Assembly (NCBI GenBank): GCA_032128875.1
Contig: JAVLKG010000015.1
Coordinates: forward strand, 1 to 64,000
DNA length: 64,000 nt
Direction: 5' to 3'
Source: Candidatus Melainabacteria bacterium 17Bon1m
GTDB lineage: Bacteria; Cyanobacteriota; Vampirovibrionia; Obscuribacterales; Obscuribacteraceae
A program made the position numbers and the translations under genes. Below, one piece after another: positions 8,574-17,388 of this stretch. Numbering within the stretch: position 1 is the first letter of the stretch; each line of letters begins with the position of its first letter. The notes under the pieces were generated by a model. It saw only the letters and a program-made list of their open reading frames with translations, did not search any database and was not told the DNA's origin.

Positions 8574-9623
8574 ATGAATTACAGAAGGTCAACTGCCGAG
8601 GTTGCTCTTGAGCGTGCTCGAAAGCGCCTCTATGCCATCGCCGGCGGAAGCCACGACAGCGGCAATCCGCGCCTGGCGCGCATGACTCTCGCCCAACGCA
8701 TCGAGTTCTGGCAGACGCCGGAATTCAAGGCGTATCTCGCTGCTCTCAAGGCGGCTGGTGTCACGCCCTTCCACCTGAAGGACGTCGACAAGACCCAGGG
8801 CGCCGGTGATGCGTTCACGTTCATGTTCAAGCTGCGCGCCGACGAAGGCTGGTTCAGCCGCCGTCAGCGCAAGACCATCGCCGACTTCCTGCGCGAGCAC
8901 TCCGCCGTCGCCAATCCTTCTCGCAAGGATCTCACTCCGCATGCTCTTTTGCGCGAGTGGATCCGCCACGAGGAGACCGGCGAAGGCATCGAGATGATGG
9001 ACTTCTGGCGCGTCTACTGGAAGTCGCAGCTCGGTCTCACCAAGGCCGAGAAGCTCGCTCAGGTGGAAGCGTGCGCTCCGCTCTACGCCAACAAGGTCTT
9101 CCCTGGTGTCCGCGAGGAAAACCAGTTGCTGACCGAACTCGGCGTCGAGGTGGTCATCGTCTCCAACGGTGACCAAGAGCTCGCGATCGCCATCGCTCCG
9201 CAGATGGGGATCAAGCCGGAGAATGTCGTCGGGTCGCACCTCAGGTACGACAAGAACGGTGTTTCCATCGGCGTGAACCACAGCTACGAGGTGTTCGGCG
9301 ACGACTGGATGACTCGCCCGCAGCCGGGCAAGACGCTGTCGTTCCACTACTGGCTGCATCGTGAGCGGGCGCGGTTCTTCCGCGATCGCATCAACGAAGA
9401 CCGCTTCGTCATCCTCGCACGTGACGGCGACTCCGCCTCCACGGACGGTGGCATGATGGTGCACGGTCACGAAGCCAAAATCGGCAACTTCATGATCGCG
9501 GTTCCGAACGAACCGAAGCGCATCGAGAAGTTCTACCCGATGATGGACAAGTACGGCTGGACTTGCGGCAACTTCATCACCTTGGTGCAGGAGCCGTCCA
9601 TCACCGGCTTCAAGCCGGACTAA
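8574..9623 (+). CDS. HAD superfamily hydrolase/phosphatase
   Basis: Motif I DVDKT, motif II VIVSNG, motif III Lys (PGK) and motif IV GDSASTD; AAGGAG RBS. Confidence 0.75.
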   Translation: MNYRRSTAEVALERARKRLYAIAGGSHDSGNPRLARMTLAQRIEFWQTPEFKAYLAALKAAGVTPFHLKDVDKTQGAGDAFTFMFKLRADEGWFSRRQRKTIADFLREHSAVANPSRKDLTPHALLREWIRHEETGEGIEMMDFWRVYWKSQLGLTKAEKLAQVEACAPLYANKVFPGVREENQLLTELGVEVVIVSNGDQELAIAIAPQMGIKPENVVGSHLRYDKNGVSIGVNHSYEVFGDDWMTRPQPGKTLSFHYWLHRERARFFRDRINEDRFVILARDGDSASTDGGMMVHGHEAKIGNFMIAVPNEPKRIEKFYPMMDKYGWTCGNFITLVQEPSITGFKPD

Positions 9624-9656
9624 CAGCGCGACCGCGGCTGTTTCAAAACTCCTTAG

Positions 9657-9688
9657 ACGGACAGTCGCACGGTGCGGCTGTCCGTTTT
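9657..9688 (+). terminator. Stem-loop followed by a short T tract
   Basis: ACGGACAGTCGCA-CGG-TGCGGCTGTCCGT then TTT. Confidence 0.55.
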
Positions 9689-9712
9689 CGGGCTACTTGA
9701 GGAAACAATCAC

Positions 9713-10231
9713 ATGTACACTCTCTTACTTCTCGGTGCGGTGGGTCTGATTCTCGGTGTCATCGTCGGCGCCAGCATCACGGACGGCTCGAAGATCGCTG
9801 GCGGCATCATCGGTTGCGTCATCGGGCTGGTTGTCGGCTTCATCGGTGCAGCCGTCGGCGGTGCCTTCGTTCCGCAAAAGGATGTCGTCTACGGACCGGC
9901 GAACCTGGTCGCGATGCGCTCTTCCGATGGCGTCTCCGGCACCTTCATCTGGGGCTCGGGCACCATACGGCAGGGCACGTCCTACAACTTCATGATGAAG
10001 CTCGACGACGGCAGCATGACACCGGGTTCGGTGCCGGCTGACAATCTCGTCCGCATCATCGAGGACGAATCCCTGAAGAACACCGGCACCTGGAGCACGA
10101 CCATCCGCGAAGCCGATACGACCTGGCCGTACTACAAGTGGACGCTGTTCAGCAGGGACCGCAACAAGTACGTGAAGCAGGAATTCCGTGTTCCTGTCGG
10201 CACGGTCGTGCAGACCTTCAAGGTCGAGTGA
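9713..10231 (+). CDS. Membrane protein with two Gly-rich TM helices and a soluble beta-rich domain
   Basis: GAGG RBS, hydrophobic GxxxG-rich N-terminus, codon bias. Confidence 0.8.
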   Translation: MYTLLLLGAVGLILGVIVGASITDGSKIAGGIIGCVIGLVVGFIGAAVGGAFVPQKDVVYGPANLVAMRSSDGVSGTFIWGSGTIRQGTSYNFMMKLDDGSMTPGSVPADNLVRIIEDESLKNTGTWSTTIREADTTWPYYKWTLFSRDRNKYVKQEFRVPVGTVVQTFKVE

Positions 10232-10302
10232 CCGAAGTATTCTGCGCAAAGCACCCGGTGGCCAGCGCCTAAGGATTCTTAGCTCAGAGAACATTGCCAA
10301 AG

Positions 10303-10348
10303 CCAAGGCGGCAGTTGCAGAAATGCGGCTGTCCGCCTTTGGTTTTTT
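10303..10348 (+). terminator. Rho-independent terminator
   Basis: Long imperfect GC stem with a GAAA loop, followed by T6. Confidence 0.65.
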
Positions 10349-10923
10349 GGGTGGATATACTAGTGTGTATAGTGTGCCTGCCGGATATTACTGTGCCTTT
10401 AGATCTGGTGGCACCAGGCTGTGCTGATTACAGCCGCTCATCCAATTTGTTCGTGAGTGTTAAGCACGCACCGCCTCTTCACGATACGTTCATGCTTCCC
10501 TCAATATCGTGTAGAGGCGACCTCTCCACCAATCGATGAAATCGGTCCTGATTCGGCCGACAAAATAGCTATGTGCAACTCGAGCCAAAAGCTCGAGTAT
10601 TTTGGCATGGGTGTCACCATATTTGGTGCTTAACTAGCGCGGCTGTGCCAGTTAAGCTTGCGTCTGAAACTTTGAATCTCTGCAGTTGTTCAGAAATTTA
10701 TTAAACGGTCTGCTTGAATCAAATACTTTCACCAGTTACTAGTGGAGTGACATCGTTTTTCTTTTCCAGCAATTAGAACTTCTTCTCTCCAATCACATAC
10801 CCTACAAACGAAGGTCACGTCCGGCGATGAATGTCGCGTGATTGATTACGACTGTTTGATTTGCGGCGTCAATGCCGTTTGCGACAAAAGTCAATTCCAC
10901 CTTTTACCATCAAGGAAAACTCA

Positions 10924-11496
10924 ATGAAGAGAAAACTTTTGATTGCCGTCGTCACTCTTGCGATGGTCTTTCCCGCTCTCGCCATTACAGGCAACGCATC
11001 AGCTCAAAGCGGCGACTATCCCCAACCGCACGTGGACACAATGTCGACTGGCGAGCGTGCAGAAAGACTGGCCGCGGCCCAAGCAAGAGCGCTGGAAATT
11101 GCTGTTCAGATTGCTGAAAAAGATGCCCCGTTCGACGAAGAGTACGCGGCTTACCGGGCAGAGCTGGCAGTGGCTTACGAACCATTCAAGCGGCGCCTTG
11201 AGGCTGTCGAGTCTAAAAAGTTTCAGGCAATGCGCCTTTTGAATGATCAGCGCCTTGCGCTGAGGGAAAGGCACCTGGAAGAAGCGCTTTTGGAAAAGCG
11301 TCGCCAGCTCATTCAGTCATTCGCGGACGAAAGCCAAGCAATCAGGGATGAGTTTGATGTTGCTTTCTCGTATCTGACAAAGAAGAAAGAGGACATCGCA
11401 GCACGTAGGCAAGCCGCAATTGGGGCGCTGTTGGATGAGTTGATTGAAGTCGACTTCGAGATCTTCTCATTGACTCCGCCAGCGGGCTCCAAATAA
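10924..11496 (+). CDS. Secreted coiled-coil hypothetical protein
   Basis: AAGGA RBS; MKRK plus hydrophobic core plus ASA signal peptide; charged helical body. Confidence 0.75.
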   Translation: MKRKLLIAVVTLAMVFPALAITGNASAQSGDYPQPHVDTMSTGERAERLAAAQARALEIAVQIAEKDAPFDEEYAAYRAELAVAYEPFKRRLEAVESKKFQAMRLLNDQRLALRERHLEEALLEKRRQLIQSFADESQAIRDEFDVAFSYLTKKKEDIAARRQAAIGALLDELIEVDFEIFSLTPPAGSK

Positions 11497-11565
11497 GAAA
11501 TCTGGCCAAATCCCCTGCGCTTGAGTAATCGTCAATAAGTCCTCGGACTGCCAATCACAACAAAG

Positions 11566-11595
11566 TGGTGAGACTACGGCCTCACCATTTTTTTT
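11566..11595 (+). terminator. Rho-independent terminator
   Basis: TGGTGAG-8nt-CTCACCA followed by T8. Confidence 0.7.
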
Positions 11596-11816
11596 CGGGG
11601 CTTGTCTGCTAGGATGAGTAGTAGGTGCTGGTGTTTCTGAAATTGGTCGCCGTCTTGCCCCAAAAGTGGACTGAAAATTCTCCTGAAAACCCTGATTATC
11701 ACAGTTAATAACTAAAAGAAATCATGAGCGTATCATTACTAGGTTCTAGCACTAGCTTCTAACTCTAAAACCTCCAAAGCGACGCTCAACCCTCTGGCGA
11801 GACCTGTTTTCTTCCC

Positions 11817-13652
11817 ATGTTTTCCAGGCTAAATGCAACTCAAAAGGGCATGATCCTGGTCATTGTGCCAGTCGTTTTCCAGCTTCTGTTCATCGCGGCA
11901 ATCTACCAGCCGCTGCACAGGTTCTCGCAGTCTCTCGACTCTATGCGCCAAGCAAAAGACATTCTATTTGCTCTTCAGGAAAATGAAATTGAATTGACCA
12001 AGGTGCTCGCTTTCATTGGCGGCAGCGGCGGTAATCTGGGTGGAAAAGAAGGCATGCTTTTGGACAAGCTGCACCGCGGCTTAGTCGCGGAGAGCATCTG
12101 GAAAAACTTCGATCGCACGAAAAATCCTGAGCTCGCGCACGCTGTCGAGCTGGGTGAAAAACTGGAATGGAATTTCGAAAATTTCAAGCGCAAGGGAAAC
12201 GAGCGTTGGTCGCACGGGTTACGGGCATTCCAGAGCTGGATGTTTGGTCCGGGAATCCAGCAGTTTTTCGGCGCTTACAACGACCAAAAAGAGTTGACGC
12301 GAACAGTTCTAGACATCGAGCGTCACACTGTTGCGCAACAACCGGAAGAATTGGCGAGCTTCAAAGCTTCTGTTCTGTTGATTTTGTGGTCGGGCTTTGC
12401 TCTGAGCGTCTGCATCTCTGGGGGGCTTGCGTTTGTGTTTACGCGAGAAATGGTGCTGAGGCTTTCGGCGATCGAAAGGCGAGCATCGTTGTTGGCAGTT
12501 GATAATCCTTCCGCAATAAGCGGCAATGCCGACCCTGGAACAGACGAGATAGCAGAGCTGGATGCTGCGCTCCGTGCTGCATCAATAAAACTCGCTGAAG
12601 CGCGAGCCAGGCAAGCCGTAGTGTTGGACAATTCCGCAGACGTTATCTGCTCTCTGGACGCGCGTCTGAAATTCTCCGCCGTCGGTCAAGCATCCAAGAA
12701 GGTATGGGGCTTTTCACCGGACGAGCTGCTCGGGCAGTCGCTGTTGAACATTATTGCCGGCGACACTGCTGGTAATACCAATAAGATATTTGCAGCGATT
12801 CGAGAAGGTGAGGCAGAAGGTAAGTTAGAAAACATAATTCTGTGCAGTGACGGCACTCAAAAGAACTCTACATGGAGCGTCTCTTGGTCTGCCGAGCGCC
12901 GGCAATTCTTTTGTGTCGTCCATGATGTAACAGAACTGCGCACCATTGAAAAACTGAAGCAGCACTTTCTTTCCGTTGCCAGTCATGACTTGCGCGCTCC
13001 GCTCACCTCTGTAACGTTGAATATCTCTATTATCACGGAAGCACAAGCAGACCAAATAACTCCGGAGGCCAAGCGCGAACTGGAGCGTGTGCAAATCAGT
13101 GCACAGCGATTGAGTTCTCTGGTTAACGAGCTTTTGGAGTTGGACAAGCTCGAAGCAGGAAAGTTCGGTCTGGAGCTGGCTCGGGTCGGTGTTTCCGATG
13201 CATGCGAAGCAGCAAAGACTCTTCTCTTCGGGCTTGCTCGTCAGTCTAAAGTGACATTGGAAGGACCGCGCGGCGATGCGGTGGTGAAAGCAGAAGAAAA
13301 ACGCCTGGTGCAAATCATCACCAATTTGCTGTCTAACGCAATTAAGTTCTCGCCGGAAAACGGCACAGTGACATTGTCTGTTGAAGTTGAAGACGCCAAT
13401 GCATTGATTCGTGTGACAGACAATGGCCCAGGCATTGCACCGGCAGAAGCTTCACTCATTTTCGAGAAGTTCAGTCAAACCAGGAGCGCTGCGACTACAG
13501 AATACAAAGGCACGGGGTTGGGTTTGGCTGTCGTTAAGGCGCTAGTAGAGTCTCATGGCGGAACAGTTGGCGTAGACAGCGAAGTTGGAAAAGGCAGCAC
13601 TTTCTGGGTGAAGCTTCCTCTTGCTACAGGCAACTGGGAGGGCGCTTCTTAA
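11817..13652 (+). CDS. Sensor histidine kinase (2TM-HAMP-like-PAS-HisKA-HATPase), type A
   Basis: H-box SHDLRAP, N-box NLLSNAIKF, DNGPG and KGTGLGL; PAS segment DNSADVICSLD. Confidence 0.95.
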   Translation: MFSRLNATQKGMILVIVPVVFQLLFIAAIYQPLHRFSQSLDSMRQAKDILFALQENEIELTKVLAFIGGSGGNLGGKEGMLLDKLHRGLVAESIWKNFDRTKNPELAHAVELGEKLEWNFENFKRKGNERWSHGLRAFQSWMFGPGIQQFFGAYNDQKELTRTVLDIERHTVAQQPEELASFKASVLLILWSGFALSVCISGGLAFVFTREMVLRLSAIERRASLLAVDNPSAISGNADPGTDEIAELDAALRAASIKLAEARARQAVVLDNSADVICSLDARLKFSAVGQASKKVWGFSPDELLGQSLLNIIAGDTAGNTNKIFAAIREGEAEGKLENIILCSDGTQKNSTWSVSWSAERRQFFCVVHDVTELRTIEKLKQHFLSVASHDLRAPLTSVTLNISIITEAQADQITPEAKRELERVQISAQRLSSLVNELLELDKLEAGKFGLELARVGVSDACEAAKTLLFGLARQSKVTLEGPRGDAVVKAEEKRLVQIITNLLSNAIKFSPENGTVTLSVEVEDANALIRVTDNGPGIAPAEASLIFEKFSQTRSAATTEYKGTGLGLAVVKALVESHGGTVGVDSEVGKGSTFWVKLPLATGNWEGAS

Positions 13653-15571
13653 TGCGATTCTCCTTCAATCTCGTCACTCGCACGATTATTCTTACCGTTT
13701 TGCTAATTCTTGGTCAGCTTGCTTTCATCCTTGTTTTGTCGGATGTTTTGCGAGAATCTCAAGAAAGAATCGAAAAGCAATGGCGCTCTGAAAATCTGAT
13801 TCGATTAACCTTTTCCATTTGCCGTGCGTTTTCTGAATTGGTGATCTTTTCCCATGTCCCGCAGCAGATGCTTGATGTTGCCGGTGTTGACGGTCCTTCA
13901 GCCGTCTCGAAAGCCAAACGAGATATGCAGATTTTGCACGGACTCGCTTCTGTGGACCCGCTGAAACGCGATGCTGTAGTGAAACTCTTAGGTTCGGCAG
14001 GAGTTCTCACTCACACAATCGAGCTGGCTATTCAGGAGAAGGATCGTGCAGCAGGGCAGCCCCTCTCCTATGTTGTGCCCTTCGCTTACCGCAAGATTGT
14101 GAATGACAATGCGGTCATTTTCCTGGACGCCGTGGAAGAAATCGTCGCGATAGAAAAGGTGCAGCATAAGGAAGCACATTCGCACGCCTCTGCATTCTCT
14201 GCTCTCACCGCGACCCTTGTGGCTGCTGCTCTTGCCAGTATTGTTGTGGCAGTTATTCTCGGTTTTGCCTACGCTGTCTCGATCCGGCGCCCACTAAAGC
14301 ATCTCAGTTTGAACGCTAGACTGTTATCTGCGCAGCAAACCCTTTTGCCTGAATTAAAGCAAAACGATGAGTTTGGCAGACTGGATGCACTTTTGCACGC
14401 AACCTCCCGCGAAGTCGAAGCGACAATGATGCAGGAGCGAGAGACGATTGCGAACGCCGCTGACTTCATCTGTGTGCTTGATGAGGAGGGGGATTTCAAA
14501 AGCGTAAATCCATTCGCGCAAAAGATGCTCGGCATCATTCCAGAGGCGTTAATCGGTCAAAATTTGCATGATTTGACGGTTCCTGAAGAAAGTTTGCTTG
14601 CTGATGAGCAGCTACGTTCATCTGTTCAAACTTCTGACATTCGTCAGTTCGAATTGCGCCTCAAGACCGCCACTGGCAGTGTGGTTGACACTCGCTGGTC
14701 CTGTCTTTGGTCTCAAGCCGAGCGCATGATATTTTGCGTTGTTCGTGACGTGACTGAAGATAAGAAAATTGAACAGTTGAAGCAGGATTTTGCCAACATG
14801 ATCAGCCATGATCTGCGCAGTCCGCTTATGGCAATGGGCAATTCATTCACGCTGCTCAAAGCTGGTTTGAAGGGTGAACTGCCGGAAGATGCACTTAAGC
14901 GTATTGATTTGTCAGCGCGCAATGTCGAGAAGCTTATAGTGCTGGTCAATGATCTTTTGGACTTCCAAAAGCTGAAGGCTGGCAAGATGGAACTGCTTCT
15001 CGAAGACGCTTCGCTTCAGTCGATAATCACTGATGCGGCAGATCTTCTGGAAGAAACAGCACGAGACAAGAATGTTGCAATCGAGCTGCCTGAGGGGGAC
15101 ACACGACTGCTTTGCGATAAGAACAAACTGTTGCAGGCTGCTGTCAATCTAATTTCCAACGCGATCAAATTCAGCGGGGAAAACGGCAAGGTAACTGTTG
15201 CGGTACGTTCTACCGAGGACAGAGTAACCTTTGCTGTCACAGACACCGGACCCGGAGTTCCCGCGGATTTTCAACAGAGAATTTTTGAGCCTTTTGAGCA
15301 AGCTCCCTCAGGTAAGAAGAGCGAGGGCACAGGATTGGGACTGGCGATCTGTAAGCTTGTGGTCGAGGCGCATGGCGGTACTATTCGTGCAGAAAATCTT
15401 GCTGATTTTGAAGAGCAGAAAACAACAGCTTCTTCTTCTTCTTCTTCTTCTTCTTCTTCTTCTTCTTCTTCTTCGAGTGGTGAAGCTGCGATAGTTTCAC
15501 ATGGAAGTGTCTTTACTATTGAACTGCCAAGAATTGGTTCATCGGCATCGAATAATGACGGTGGCGGCTGA
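13652..15571 (+). CDS. Sensor histidine kinase, type B, with poly-Ser insert
   Basis: SHDLRSP, NLISNAIKF, DTGPG and EGTGLGL; TAATG overlap with the upstream gene. Confidence 0.95.
   Translation: MRFSFNLVTRTIILTVLLILGQLAFILVLSDVLRESQERIEKQWRSENLIRLTFSICRAFSELVIFSHVPQQMLDVAGVDGPSAVSKAKRDMQILHGLASVDPLKRDAVVKLLGSAGVLTHTIELAIQEKDRAAGQPLSYVVPFAYRKIVNDNAVIFLDAVEEIVAIEKVQHKEAHSHASAFSALTATLVAAALASIVVAVILGFAYAVSIRRPLKHLSLNARLLSAQQTLLPELKQNDEFGRLDALLHATSREVEATMMQERETIANAADFICVLDEEGDFKSVNPFAQKMLGIIPEALIGQNLHDLTVPEESLLADEQLRSSVQTSDIRQFELRLKTATGSVVDTRWSCLWSQAERMIFCVVRDVTEDKKIEQLKQDFANMISHDLRSPLMAMGNSFTLLKAGLKGELPEDALKRIDLSARNVEKLIVLVNDLLDFQKLKAGKMELLLEDASLQSIITDAADLLEETARDKNVAIELPEGDTRLLCDKNKLLQAAVNLISNAIKFSGENGKVTVAVRSTEDRVTFAVTDTGPGVPADFQQRIFEPFEQAPSGKKSEGTGLGLAICKLVVEAHGGTIRAENLADFEEQKTTASSSSSSSSSSSSSSSSGEAAIVSHGSVFTIELPRIGSSASNNDGGG
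15431..15472 (+). repeat. (TCT)14 microsatellite encoding poly-Ser
   Basis: Perfect in-frame TCT run followed by TCG AGT. Confidence 0.95.
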
Positions 15572-17388
15572 TGTTTTCCCGGCTGAACATCACTCAGAAA
15601 GGTCTTTTGATGGTTCTTATACCGGTGGCTTTTCAGTTGCTTTTTATTGCTGCGTTGAATGTCCCGATGAATCGGTTTTCGCATGAATTGGAATCCATGC
15701 GGATCGGCAAGCGAATTCTCTTTGCTATTCAGGAGAACGAAATTGATCTCTCTAAGATGATCTGGGCCCTTATGGTAGGCGGACCACAGGAAAGTATTGG
15801 CTATATCGTCGCATATCATGAGAAAGTTCATCGATTGCATAATTCGTCGCTGTCTTATCAGACGACTGATCCTGAACTCAGCAGGCTGGCTCGAGAAGGG
15901 CGCAAAATCTGGGCTCAGTCTGAAGAAATGTGGGACTCTGCGCCCCCTGGTTCTAATCCGTCCATGGGGATCGGCTGGATTGGCATGCAATCCAGCATGA
16001 AGGGTTTTAAACTCCTAAAAGATCAGCGAATCCTTATGAACAGAGTTCTTGCTATTGAGAGGCAGAAGGTAGCCCAGCAGCCAGAGGAAATCGCAGCTCT
16101 GCGGAATACTCTTGTTCTCTTTTTGTGGTTGGGTTTTGGCGCCAGTTGCCTGATCTCTGTTGCGCTTATGGTGTTCTTTTCTCGCGACATTGTTAATCGA
16201 TTGTCTGTGATTGCCGATAAGGCACAATTGCTCACATTTGGAAAACCAGTGCATGCCGAGTTTTCTGAGGCGGACGAGATTAGTGAGCTTGAGCGCACGC
16301 TCTCCACGACTTCGCTAAAACTGGCTGAAATTCGCAATCGCCAAGCTGTCATTCTCGATAATTCTGCCGACGTAATTTGTTCGCTCGATGCGAAATTCAA
16401 ATTCGCTGCAGTTGGTGAAGCGGCGAGCAAGCTTTGGGGACTTTCTCCGGACCAATTGCTAGGCAAATCAGTCCTGAGTATGTTAACTGCTGATACCGTA
16501 GACAGTACCAGTGCTGCACTAGAGCGAATTGCTTCAACACATGGCGAAGGCAAGGTTGAAAACGTTGTCAAATGCGGTGATGGCAGCTTGAAGAATTCTG
16601 TATGGATTGTTCTTTGGTCGCCAGAAAAGCGCACATATTTCTGTGTCGTGCATGATGTTACCGATTTGCGCAATGTGGAGAAGCTCAAACAACACTTCAT
16701 ATCCGTCGCCAGCCACGACTTGCGGGCACCGCTCACGTCCGTAACTCTCAACGTTTCTATCTTGACTGAATCAATGAAAGAAGAGCTGCCGGCAGGAATA
16801 GTCGGCGAGTTAAACCGCGTCCAGACCAGCGCTCAGCGACTTGCTGACCTGGTCAATGAGTTGCTAGAACTGGATAAATTGGAAGCAGGAAGACTTTCCG
16901 TAGAATTGAAAAGAGTGTTGGCGTCCGATGCCTGCGAAGCCGCTAAAGACTTATTATTCGGGCTTGCGAGGGAAGCCGGCGTCTCTATCGTCATGTCCGC
17001 GAACGACGCATTTGTCATGGCGGAGGAAAAACGGCTTGTGCAGATGATCTCGAATTTGATGTCCAACGCAATTAAGTTCTCTCCCCGCGGTGGAAAAATT
17101 GAGATTGATATTCGCTCCGAAGCGCCATTCGCAGTGATCAGCATCAAAGACGAGGGCTGCGGAATGAGCCCTCAAGAATGCGCTTCTATATTTGAGAAGT
17201 TCAGCCAGGCGCATTCTGCAAAGTCGACTGCGATGAAAGGAACTGGTCTGGGCCTTGCCGTAGTAAAAGCCCTTGCAGAGGCTCATGGCGGGCGAGTTGA
17301 GGTGGTCAGTGCAGTCGGACAAGGCAGCACTTTTTCGCTCTACATTCCACTAGCCTCATCGGATAACACGTCGGAGGTGCAAGCATAG
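15571..17388 (+). CDS. Sensor histidine kinase, type A' (paralog of 11817-13652)
   Basis: Starts MFSRLNITQKG; SHDLRAP and KGTGLGLAVVKAL; TGATG overlap. Confidence 0.95.
   Translation: MFSRLNITQKGLLMVLIPVAFQLLFIAALNVPMNRFSHELESMRIGKRILFAIQENEIDLSKMIWALMVGGPQESIGYIVAYHEKVHRLHNSSLSYQTTDPELSRLAREGRKIWAQSEEMWDSAPPGSNPSMGIGWIGMQSSMKGFKLLKDQRILMNRVLAIERQKVAQQPEEIAALRNTLVLFLWLGFGASCLISVALMVFFSRDIVNRLSVIADKAQLLTFGKPVHAEFSEADEISELERTLSTTSLKLAEIRNRQAVILDNSADVICSLDAKFKFAAVGEAASKLWGLSPDQLLGKSVLSMLTADTVDSTSAALERIASTHGEGKVENVVKCGDGSLKNSVWIVLWSPEKRTYFCVVHDVTDLRNVEKLKQHFISVASHDLRAPLTSVTLNVSILTESMKEELPAGIVGELNRVQTSAQRLADLVNELLELDKLEAGRLSVELKRVLASDACEAAKDLLFGLAREAGVSIVMSANDAFVMAEEKRLVQMISNLMSNAIKFSPRGGKIEIDIRSEAPFAVISIKDEGCGMSPQECASIFEKFSQAHSAKSTAMKGTGLGLAVVKALAEAHGGRVEVVSAVGQGSTFSLYIPLASSDNTSEVQA

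Noticed and set aside
15271-15990. Poly-Glu and poly-Leu ORFs in other frames
   Set aside because: By-products of the TCT microsatellite within the kinase gene.
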